The notes beneath the pieces are model-generated. The model saw nothing but the letters and a program-made list of their open reading frames with translations, ran no database searches and was not told the DNA's origin. Positions 1 through 5,020 of a stretch of 5,020 bases of DNA are shown here, one piece after another. Both the position numbers and the translations under genes were made by a program. Position 1 is the stretch's first letter, and each line of letters opens with the position of its first letter. Source of the stretch: a virus (taxonomy: Duplodnaviria > Heunggongvirae > Uroviricota > Caudoviricetes); the IMG/VR virus record IMGVR_UViG_2698536506_000003; one strand, given 5' to 3'.

Positions 1-469
1 TGGATTCCGCATCCCATACAGGCTGGACAAATATTTCTCCATTAAAAGTATGGACACCCACCCCTTCACGAATGAATTCGGTAAACGAACGACGCCCTTC
101 CACATCCATCGTACCAAACACCGGATCGCAGTATTCCATCCACGCCGCCTCAACATCTTCAATAAAAGCATGTGAATCTGCTTCCGACATCCCCAGCCAG
201 CGCCAGTTGGGGCGATAACTCAGACGAAACATATGCCCGACGATATGGTCTTTATGAATTTCCACAGCATTCGCGGCAATGCCATTATTACGGACCAGAT
301 CATCCGCACGGGCATTACCCAACTGAATGGAAGGCAGCAGCGCCACATCGGCACTTTCCGGCGCAGGTAACCATTCCGCAAGCTGCCCACCAAATCCGGA
401 GCCGCCACCGGAATATCCCATACTCTGTCGCAGGGGCTGTCCGTGAACATCTATCAACTCCACATTCAC
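1..469 (-). CDS. portal protein, lambda gpB-like; N-terminal ~156 codons only, gene continues beyond window start
   Basis: Minus-strand frame with codon starts at positions equal to 1 mod 3 is open from 469 to the window edge, which is why it has no stop and is missing from the ORF track. Hand translation: (M)NVELIDVHGQPLRQSMGYSGGGSGFGGQLAEWLPAPESADVALLPSIQLGNARADDLVRNNGIAANAVEIHKDHIVGHMFRLSYRPNWRWLGMSEADSHAFIEDVEAAWMEYCDPVFGTMDVEGRRSFTEFIREGVGVHTFNGEIFVQPVWDAES. This aligns with the lambda gpB N-terminus as I recall it (GGGSGFGGQL, GNARADDLVRNNG, FNGELFVQ). Proposed start is GTG at 469-467, overlapping the W stop as GTGA, with GGGAG about 7 nt upstream. The in-frame ATG at 421 is an alternative. 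Confidence 0.85.
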   Translation of the reverse strand, partial: MNVELIDVHGQPLRQSMGYSGGGSGFGGQLAEWLPAPESADVALLPSIQLGNARADDLVRNNGIAANAVEIHKDHIVGHMFRLSYRPNWRWLGMSEADSHAFIEDVEAAWMEYCDPVFGTMDVEGRRSFTEFIREGVGVHTFNGEIFVQPVWDAES

Positions 470-675
470 AGTCTCACTCCCACCGGACCGCGACGCCGTC
501 CGGACACGCCCAGCGCACTCTCCAGCTCTTCAATGTATTGCCGCAGTTCACCAATCGTCGCACGCGAATACTGAACCTGCCGTCCGTTCCTGCCGACAGA
601 AACCACAGCACGCCCGATCATCAGTTCATGTAATGCCCGACGCGCCTCGCAAAGCATTTCATGCGTATAAACCAT
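466..675 (-). CDS. head-tail joining / head completion protein, lambda gpW-like
   Basis: 69-aa minus ORF MVYTHEMLCEARRALHELMIGRAVVSVGRNGRQVQYSRATIGELRQYIEELESALGVSGRRRGPVGVRL. Size, position (immediately after terL, before portal) and sequence (ARRALHELM, GRAV, ELRQYIEELE, RRRGP) match lambda gpW (68 aa) as recalled. ATG at 675 lies 3 nt after the terL stop, with GGAGGA 8 nt upstream. Confidence 0.8.
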   Translation of the reverse strand: MVYTHEMLCEARRALHELMIGRAVVSVGRNGRQVQYSRATIGELRQYIEELESALGVSGRRRGPVGVRL

Positions 676-678
676 CCT

Positions 679-2595
679 TTATCCTCCACTCAGTGCAGCC
701 GCGATCTCTTCCATGCTCATATCATCCTCATCCTGCTCATCTCTTCGTGCCCTCGCCAGCGCTTCAAGGTCCAGTTGCCACCGCTGTACCGAAACGCGCA
801 GGGCGGCATAAGCATATACCAGGCAGTCGAGGGCTTCGTTGCGTCGCCCTTTTTTATCCCACAGCAGTTTCACCCTGCCGTTAACCACCTTTTCCACCAG
901 TTCTTCCGCTACGATTTGACGCGCCTCTTCTTCCGAAAAAATGTCCGGGTTATCCGGAAAACGGAAGATATACGGGGCTGCTTCACTGGCAGAAACCACC
1001 GGCAGGGCAAAACGGGCGTACAGCATTTCCTTGACGGTATCGGAGCCCACCTCACACAAAAACACACCACGCTGGTTGCGCTTTTTGGGCATGGTGATCA
1101 CCGGCTTGCCATACACCGATGCCCCTTTTATGGGAAGCACAAAAAAAGTGCCGTGTTTCCTGGAACGTTGATACACAATGTCCTGGTCGATACCACCGGT
1201 ATCCCAGCAGACGCGGGAAATGGAAATTTCAGTACCGTCAGCATGGCGGTATTTTTTCCGGATCACCGCATCAACACGTTTAAGGGTGTCCTCGTCCTCC
1301 GGTCGCCCCATGATAATTTGCTTGTCAATCAGAAAGGCTTCTTCGCCGGGAGCCCAGCCCCAAACATAAATTTCATAGCGATCTTTCTGGGAGTCTATCC
1401 CTGCGGTCAGGTAAACCACCCGCAGGGGAACCTGCGCGCCATAGTGGCAGACTTTTTCCAGCAACAACTCAAAGCTCAGTTTTTCTGCCACGGCCTCTTC
1501 ATAGGGCTCCCCGAGCGTGGTGTTAATGAACGTCTTGACGCCATTCGGATCCTTCAGTGCATCGAGCCAGTCATAAACAATCTGTACCCAGGTGGTGAAC
1601 GGGCTGTATGCCGTCCAGATGTGGTACGAAATTGAGCGCGGTGGCGGGATTTCCTCATCACCGGCACTGTAAAATGTCAGGCCGTCACGCGTCCACATCC
1701 CGGTATTGTCACAAATCCAGCATCCGTCGGTCTGGTCAAGTTCCGACTGGCGGATCACACAGCCATTATGTTCACACAGGTAATACACCGTTTCGGGTTT
1801 ACCCTTCTCCCATTTCAGGCCAAACGGCGTCGCATCATCGCCAAACTTCAGATACTGGGCCTCCCCGCAATGAGGGCAAGGGACATAAAACCGCATGAAA
1901 TGCGCAGATTCATTCGCCGCTTTCTCAATCTGGCAGGAGCCTTTAATTTTTGGCGTTGAGCCGCGTATGGATTTAGGCCATACCGAGCCTTCGATACGTT
2001 TATCGCCAAGCAGCGTCGGCGAGCCTTCTTTTTCCACATCCGGTTCAAACGAGGAGAGTTCGTCATAGCAGACCACATCCACAGATTTTTCACGGTAGTT
2101 TTTAGCAGCGGCCCCCCCCAGGCACCAGAACCCCACGCCGGAGGAAAAACGCTTCAGGGTGAGTGTGTTGTCCCGATGTTTTCTGCCCAGCCATGGCGAT
2201 AACGCTTTAAGGCTGGGGACATCCCGGAGCGTTGCTTCCACATGCGCTTTCATAAAATCTTCAGCTGCGGAATCTGTCGGCTGGAAGAGCAGGCTGTTAC
2301 GGGATTTATGCTCAATAAAATACCCGACCACGCCCAGCAGCATTTTGGTGTAACCCACACGCGCCGATTTAATCAGATTAACAGTGCGGATCCTGTCGTG
2401 CCCCATGCTGTTCATAATGGCGACCTGAAACGGCAGGGTTTTCCACTCTCCTTCACCGTATGACGATTCTTTAGGCAGATAATAATTTTGATCAGCCCAT
2501 TCAACCGGCGTGACCGGCAATGCCCTTATTAGTGGCTGTAATGCGGTTGTGACGGCGATCATCATATTATTCAACTGTTGTTCGGATATATTCAT
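679..2595 (-). CDS. terminase large subunit, lambda gpA-like
   Basis: Long minus ORF (track 679..2631). Translation from MNISEQQ aligns along its full length with lambda gpA as recalled (VEWADQNYYLPKES, KSARVGYTKMLLGV, FWCLGG-AAKNYREKSVDV, GDKRIEGSVWPKSIRGSTPK, CPHCGE-QYLKFGD, WTAYSPFTTWVQIV, TAGIDSQ-DRYE, CWDTGGID, PIKGASVYGKPV, RRNEALDC). Start set at ATG 2595 (GGAG 7 nt upstream) rather than the GTG at 2631 used by the track. Stop TAA at 679-681. Confidence 0.93.
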   Translation of the reverse strand: MNISEQQLNNMMIAVTTALQPLIRALPVTPVEWADQNYYLPKESSYGEGEWKTLPFQVAIMNSMGHDRIRTVNLIKSARVGYTKMLLGVVGYFIEHKSRNSLLFQPTDSAAEDFMKAHVEATLRDVPSLKALSPWLGRKHRDNTLTLKRFSSGVGFWCLGGAAAKNYREKSVDVVCYDELSSFEPDVEKEGSPTLLGDKRIEGSVWPKSIRGSTPKIKGSCQIEKAANESAHFMRFYVPCPHCGEAQYLKFGDDATPFGLKWEKGKPETVYYLCEHNGCVIRQSELDQTDGCWICDNTGMWTRDGLTFYSAGDEEIPPPRSISYHIWTAYSPFTTWVQIVYDWLDALKDPNGVKTFINTTLGEPYEEAVAEKLSFELLLEKVCHYGAQVPLRVVYLTAGIDSQKDRYEIYVWGWAPGEEAFLIDKQIIMGRPEDEDTLKRVDAVIRKKYRHADGTEISISRVCWDTGGIDQDIVYQRSRKHGTFFVLPIKGASVYGKPVITMPKKRNQRGVFLCEVGSDTVKEMLYARFALPVVSASEAAPYIFRFPDNPDIFSEEEARQIVAEELVEKVVNGRVKLLWDKKGRRNEALDCLVYAYAALRVSVQRWQLDLEALARARRDEQDEDDMSMEEIAAALSGG

Positions 2596-3076
2596 CGAGT
2601 AACTCCGGCAATTTATCCCCTGCCCGCGCACACTGATTCGCTCCCTTTGCGATAAGGGTTTTCAGATAATCAATATGACGCGGGGTTAAATCCGGGAACT
2701 GTCGCTGCATGGATAAAGGAATGGAATCAAGCGTACTGGACAATGCCATCGCCAGTTTGCTGAGGGCGAAAACGCAGAACCCTGAATCAATAAGTCTGCC
2801 TTCAGTTACCTGATTTTTTAATTGCTGTGCTATTGCCTGTTCTTCAGTCAATTTCCATCTGGCGATAAGTAATTTTTCTTCATAGTCTTCTTCGCTATCA
2901 CCATCAGACACATCATTTTTACTTCTCCTCAGATACGATATGTAAAAATCACGCCAGGCATCCAAGTCATGATGCCCCCGTTTATTCGAGACCGGGGCAC
3001 CCGGCAATTTCTGCAATCTGCGAAGCTGGCGATCGGTCAGACTCAAATGCCTGGCAACTTCAGTCTGCGTAGCCAC
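2567..3076 (-). CDS. terminase small subunit, lambda Nu1-like
   Basis: 169-aa minus ORF with GTG start at 3076 (GAGGTGA SD upstream; the preceding in-frame codon is a stop). The C-terminal half (GFCVFALSKLAMALSSTLDSIPLSMQRQFPDLTPRHIDYLK ... LPELLDEYI) aligns with lambda Nu1 (AFCTFVLSRIAGEIASILDGLPLSVQRRFPELENRHVDFLK ... LLSEYI). The N-terminus (TQTEVARHLSLTDRQLRRLQ) is a helix-turn-helix-like segment that differs from lambda. The 3' end overlaps the terL start by 29 nt, as in lambda. Confidence 0.85.
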   Translation of the reverse strand: MATQTEVARHLSLTDRQLRRLQKLPGAPVSNKRGHHDLDAWRDFYISYLRRSKNDVSDGDSEEDYEEKLLIARWKLTEEQAIAQQLKNQVTEGRLIDSGFCVFALSKLAMALSSTLDSIPLSMQRQFPDLTPRHIDYLKTLIAKGANQCARAGDKLPELLDEYIRTTVE

Positions 3077-3120
3077 GACTCACCTCGCAAAAACTCTCAC
3101 CTCACAATCAGAAAACCGCT

Positions 3121-3219
3121 CATGTCCGGTTTGCATGTTCGTTTTTTGTACATGTCCGGTTCACAAAAAGCTTGTTTTTATATTTTTCATATAGTTAACC
3201 AGTAGTGAAACCGGACATG
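3121..3219. repeat. cosB-like array of terminase-binding (R-type) repeats: CATGTCCGGTT at 3121-3131 and 3151-3161, inverted copy AACCGGACATG at 3209-3219, degenerate copy CATGTTCGTTT at 3134-3144, AT-rich spacer 3162-3208
   Basis: Three exact 11-bp copies (two direct, one inverted) lie between the terS start and the cosN candidate, separated by an AT-rich stretch. This mirrors the lambda cosB layout (R3, IHF site, R2, R1) but with a different repeat sequence from the lambda R elements. Confidence 0.6.
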
Positions 3220-3226
3220 GTTCCCT

Positions 3227-3299
3227 GAAAATTTTCGTAAATAGCGCGTTTTTGCGCGTCCTACGACCCCCGGTGTTTCAACTCCCGGAAAGGACCCGC
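3227..3299. other. cos core: cosN-flanking block (3227-3246), candidate cosN / cohesive-end region (about 3250-3275), cosQ-like motif (3285-3298)
   Basis: Minus-strand CGCTATTTACGAAAATTTTC (3246-3227) matches 19 of 20 positions of the lambda left-end sequence CGCTATTTATGAAAATTTTC that begins 22 nt inside the left cohesive end. Plus-strand CCGGAAAGGACCCG (3285-3298) is identical to the lambda right-end block 17 nt before the right terminus (cosQ region). The two blocks are 38 bp apart here versus 39 bp in lambda. The intervening sequence contains a near-palindrome GTCCTACGAC (3258-3267) but does not match the lambda 12-nt end GGGCGGCGACCT. Confidence 0.6.
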
Positions 3300-3443
3300 A
3301 CAAATGGGAGCGTTTATCATTAACATTTACAGATAAGATGACGTACATCATTGAAACGCCATTCAGCCATATACCTGCAGCATTCGTAGTTGCACTCCGC
3401 AACTCTGCGACTACGGTTATAAAAGCATTGGCAACTTTTGCCA

Positions 3444-3487
3444 CCGGCAAATCTTCCATGGATTTCCCCTGCCGGTTTTTTATTTTT
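3444..3487 (+). repeat. stem-loop plus T-tract element, copy 1 (CCGGCA ... TGCCGG followed by TTTTTTATTTTT)
   Basis: 6-bp GC stem 3444-3449 / 3470-3475 with a 20-nt loop containing the palindrome CCATGG, followed on the plus strand by a T-tract at 3476-3487. Shares the block CCCTG..CCGGTTTTTTATTT with copy 2. Confidence 0.4.
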
Positions 3488-3578
3488 GTCGATGCGTAAC
3501 ATTGCATTTACATCAATACCAGCTAATGTCATATGCATGTTTTACTGAAGCATGGGTGGTATTGGCGGTCTTCGCCGG

Positions 3579-3619
3579 CCGGTTCTGTGTAGCTGCTCCC
3601 TGTGACCGGTTTTTTATTT
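3579..3619 (+). repeat. stem-loop plus T-tract element, copy 2 (CCGGT ... ACCGG followed by TTTTTTATTT)
   Basis: 5-bp stem 3579-3583 / 3605-3609 with a 21-nt loop, followed by a T-tract at 3610-3619. CCGGTTTTTTATTT is identical to 3472-3485. Confidence 0.4.
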
Positions 3620-3630
3620 CTCACATTATC

Positions 3631-3653
3631 GCAGCCCTTCACTGAAGGGCTGC
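3631..3653. repeat. perfect inverted repeat / hairpin: GCAGCCCTT - 5-nt loop - AAGGGCTGC
   Basis: 9-bp perfect stem (3631-3639 with 3645-3653), loop 3640-3644, starting 12 nt downstream (minus strand) of the stop of the 130-aa gene. No U-tract follows on either strand, so it is not a canonical intrinsic terminator. Confidence 0.5.
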
Positions 3654-3664
3654 TGTAATGCAAG

Positions 3665-4057
3665 TTACTTGCGAACCAGACAAACGTCCTTGCCGTTAGT
3701 TTCAATACGTGAATACTGCGGTTTGCCATCAATGACTTCTGACATTACGAACACCTCACCCGGCTGCAGTTCAACTGCACCTTCCGGTAATTTCATACCG
3801 GCAAATACCGGACAGCCCGGATGGCGATCATCTTCTGTTGCTTCCAGCATTGACTCACCAAACCACGCCGTTGTGGCGCGACCATCAGCAGCCTTGTAGT
3901 GGATCAAGTACTGGTTTTCGCCATCCGCATACTGCGCGCGGGCTTTAACCTCACCCCATTCATCACTGATGCGCATCTCCACCAGTTGAGACAACTCAAA
4001 CTTAAACGGAACAACAGCGGCACCAATTGCAACCGGTTTATTTTCTGTTTTTTTCAT
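3665..4057 (-). CDS. hypothetical protein, 130 aa (cos-proximal accessory gene)
   Basis: Minus ORF (track 3665..4087). Start chosen at ATG 4057 (MKKTENKPVAIGAAVV...) because GGAG lies 7 nt upstream, whereas the ATG at 4087 sits inside the terminator hairpin with no SD. Stop TAA at 3665-3667. No domain recognised; no transmembrane segment evident. Confidence 0.6.
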   Translation of the reverse strand: MKKTENKPVAIGAAVVPFKFELSQLVEMRISDEWGEVKARAQYADGENQYLIHYKAADGRATTAWFGESMLEATEDDRHPGCPVFAGMKLPEGAVELQPGEVFVMSEVIDGKPQYSRIETNGKDVCLVRK

Positions 4058-4070
4058 TATCGTCTCCAAA

Positions 4071-4097
4071 TATAAAAAGCCCCGCATTTGCGGGGCT
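4071..4097 (-). terminator. intrinsic (rho-independent) terminator, minus strand
   Basis: Minus-strand AGCCCCGC-AAAT-GCGGGGCT (stem 4078-4085 / 4090-4097, 8 bp, GC-rich) followed immediately by TTTTTATATTT. Lies 22 nt downstream of the stop of the 71-aa gene. Confidence 0.65.
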
Positions 4098-4118
4098 ACA
4101 AACAGGCATCACAGCCAG

Positions 4119-4334
4119 TTAGCTAAGTCCGACAGACATAAAATCATCACTACCTAAACGATGGGAACCATAACGAACTTCATACTCCCCATTCAATTCA
4201 GAGCGTTTAGACTTTGCGCCATCCTCCGTCGCATAAATACCGACCAGATGCCACGGTTTGTCACGTACTACAGCCCAACCCAGAACCCATCCCTGATTAT
4301 CAGGATCAGCCTTCAGGTTATTTTCTACAAACAT
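4119..4334 (-). CDS. hypothetical protein, 71 aa
   Basis: Minus ORF (track 4119..4364). Start chosen at ATG 4334 (MFVENNLKADPDNQGWVLGW...) because AAGGAG lies 7 nt upstream; the ATG at 4364 has no SD. Tryptophan-rich; no domain recognised. Confidence 0.55.
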   Translation of the reverse strand: MFVENNLKADPDNQGWVLGWAVVRDKPWHLVGIYATEDGAKSKRSELNGEYEVRYGSHRLGSDDFMSVGLS

Positions 4335-4374
4335 AGTGTTCTCCTTTTGGGTACCCAGAGACATTCTATGTCAT

Positions 4375-4599
4375 TCATGAAACCGGCAACAACGTGGCTG
4401 TTACAATCCCCGCCATATTCGCGTTCAGATCACATTCAACAGAAATTTCTTCATCCGTGGCATCCACTTCATATGTCCGGGAATAACATTCCGTGCATTT
4501 ACCACTGAAGATATCCTTAACCAGAACACGTCCACGCTGCAAAACCCTGAATGGAATCGTTCCGTTAAAGGGCTTTACGGTTACCAGTAATCTCTTCAT
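4375..4599 (-). CDS. hypothetical protein, 74 aa
   Basis: Minus ORF MKRLLVTVKPFNGTIPFRVLQRGRVLVKDIFSGKCTECYSRTYEVDATDEEISVECDLNANMAGIVTATLLPVS with GGAGGGG SD upstream of ATG 4599. Basic N-terminus, acidic C-terminal half, three Cys (CTEC plus one). Its upstream region is lost in the N gap. Confidence 0.5.
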   Translation of the reverse strand: MKRLLVTVKPFNGTIPFRVLQRGRVLVKDIFSGKCTECYSRTYEVDATDEEISVECDLNANMAGIVTATLLPVS

Positions 4600-4617
4600 A
4601 TCCCCTCCGGATAAAAA

Positions 4618-4754
4618 NNNNNNNNNNNNNNNNNNNNNNNNNNNNNNNNNNNNNNNNNNNNNNNNNNNNNNNNNNNNNNNNNNNNNNNNNNNNNNNNNNN
4701 NNNNNNNNNNNNNNNNNNNNNNNNNNNNNNNNNNNNNNNNNNNNNNNNNNNNNN
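4618..4754. other. assembly gap (137 N)
   Basis: Uninterrupted run of N from 4618 to 4754. Confidence 0.99.
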
Positions 4755-4782
4755 GTGTGTCCAGTGTTTTCGCTTCATCTCA

Positions 4783-4917
4783 CTATCCACCAATCAATCC
4801 GGATAAGCTCAATACTCGCCAGGCGGTGGAAATGAAAATGGCAACCAACATTGCTGAAAATGAAAGGCCAACAACCACACAGAGAATTCGCGCCAGTTTT
4901 ATAATGCTATCTGACAT
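4783..4917 (-). CDS. candidate small membrane protein, 44 aa
   Basis: Minus ORF; internal ATG at 4917 gives MSDSIIKLARILCVVVGLSFSAMLVAIFISTAWRVLSLSGLIGG, with one predicted transmembrane helix (about 23 hydrophobic residues) and a G-rich AGGGG stretch upstream. The track's longer form starts at GTG 5010, directly after a stop. The island 4755-5020 is separated from the rest by the gap. Confidence 0.3.
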   Translation of the reverse strand: MSDSIIKLARILCVVVGLSFSAMLVAIFISTAWRVLSLSGLIGG

Positions 4918-5020
4918 ATTTACCCCTGCCCCACTTACGATTTCACAGCAATGATCAATTTTGCCATCCCATACAGAATCGGAGACACAGCGATACCGAC
5001 AGCCACCCACTTAATGGCAA

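Noticed and set aside
220-450. 76-aa minus-strand ORF in the portal region
   Set aside because: It is in a different frame from the one that gives the clear gpB-like translation. The true portal frame is open to the window edge and was omitted from the track.
172-633. 153-aa plus-strand ORF
   Set aside because: Antisense to the gpW-like and portal coding sequences. The protein is low-complexity (His/Pro/Ser/Arg-rich).
661-1635. 324-aa plus-strand ORF
   Set aside because: Lies entirely antisense to the well-supported terminase large subunit gene. No recognisable protein features; typical of a spurious long antisense frame in GC-rich coding DNA.
2969-3205. 78-aa plus-strand ORF
   Set aside because: Runs antisense across the terS start and the cosB repeats. 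Not supported.
3162-3208. IHF site in the AT-rich cosB spacer
   Set aside because: The position is right by analogy with lambda site I1, but I could not find a clean match to the IHF consensus WATCAANNNNTTR on either strand. Left as a possibility only.
3121-3219. Possible CRISPR array, from the repeated CATGTCCGGTT
   Set aside because: Only three 11-bp copies, in mixed orientation with irregular spacing, sitting directly between cosN and terS. This is the cosB terminase-binding architecture, not a CRISPR array.
3503-3535. Sigma70-like promoter (TTGCAT ... TAATGT) on the plus strand
   Set aside because: The spacer is only about 15 nt and there is no downstream plus-strand gene. Too weak to call.
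3187-3732. Minus-strand ORFs 3187..3507, 3320..3538 and 3529..3732
   Set aside because: They overlap the cos site and the AT-rich non-coding region, lack convincing ribosome-binding sites, and have low-complexity translations. The region is better explained as cos plus non-coding DNA, as at the lambda right end.
3669-3899. 76-aa plus-strand ORF, and also 4161..4508 plus
   Set aside because: Both are antisense to the better-supported minus-strand small genes, which have strong SD sequences. No independent support.
4057-4087. Longer 140-aa form of the 130-aa gene, starting at ATG 4087
   Set aside because: That ATG lies inside the terminator hairpin and has no SD. The ATG at 4057 has GGAG at ideal spacing.
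4493-4954. ORFs spanning the N run (4493..4954 plus, 4596..4793 minus)
   Set aside because: Their translations are mostly X from the assembly gap. They are artefacts of reading through Ns.
1-5020. tRNA, integrase, attachment site or lysis genes
   Set aside because: I saw no cloverleaf-like tRNA structure and no ORF with recombinase or lysis-protein features. In a lambda-like genome these lie far from the cos and terminase region, so their absence here is expected.

Overview
This window is the DNA-packaging end of a lambda-like (lambdoid) phage or prophage, with every supported gene on the minus strand. In transcription order (high to low coordinates): a short sequence island beyond a 137-N assembly gap (4618-4754); three small genes of unknown function (74, 71 and 130 aa; 4599-3665); about 360 bp of non-coding DNA with repeated stem-loop/T-tract elements; a lambda-type cos site (cosQ-like motif, cosN, cosB repeats; about 3299-3121); terminase small subunit (Nu1-like, 3076-2567); terminase large subunit (gpA-like, 2595-679); a gpW-like head-tail joining protein (675-466); and the first ~156 codons of a gpB-like portal protein (469-1), which runs off the window and is absent from the ORF track. 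All similarity statements rest on my recollection of phage lambda sequences, not on a database search. I recognise no known defence, toxin or enzymatic system here. The best candidate for something undescribed is the three-gene accessory cluster beside cos, and I cannot assign it a function from sequence alone.
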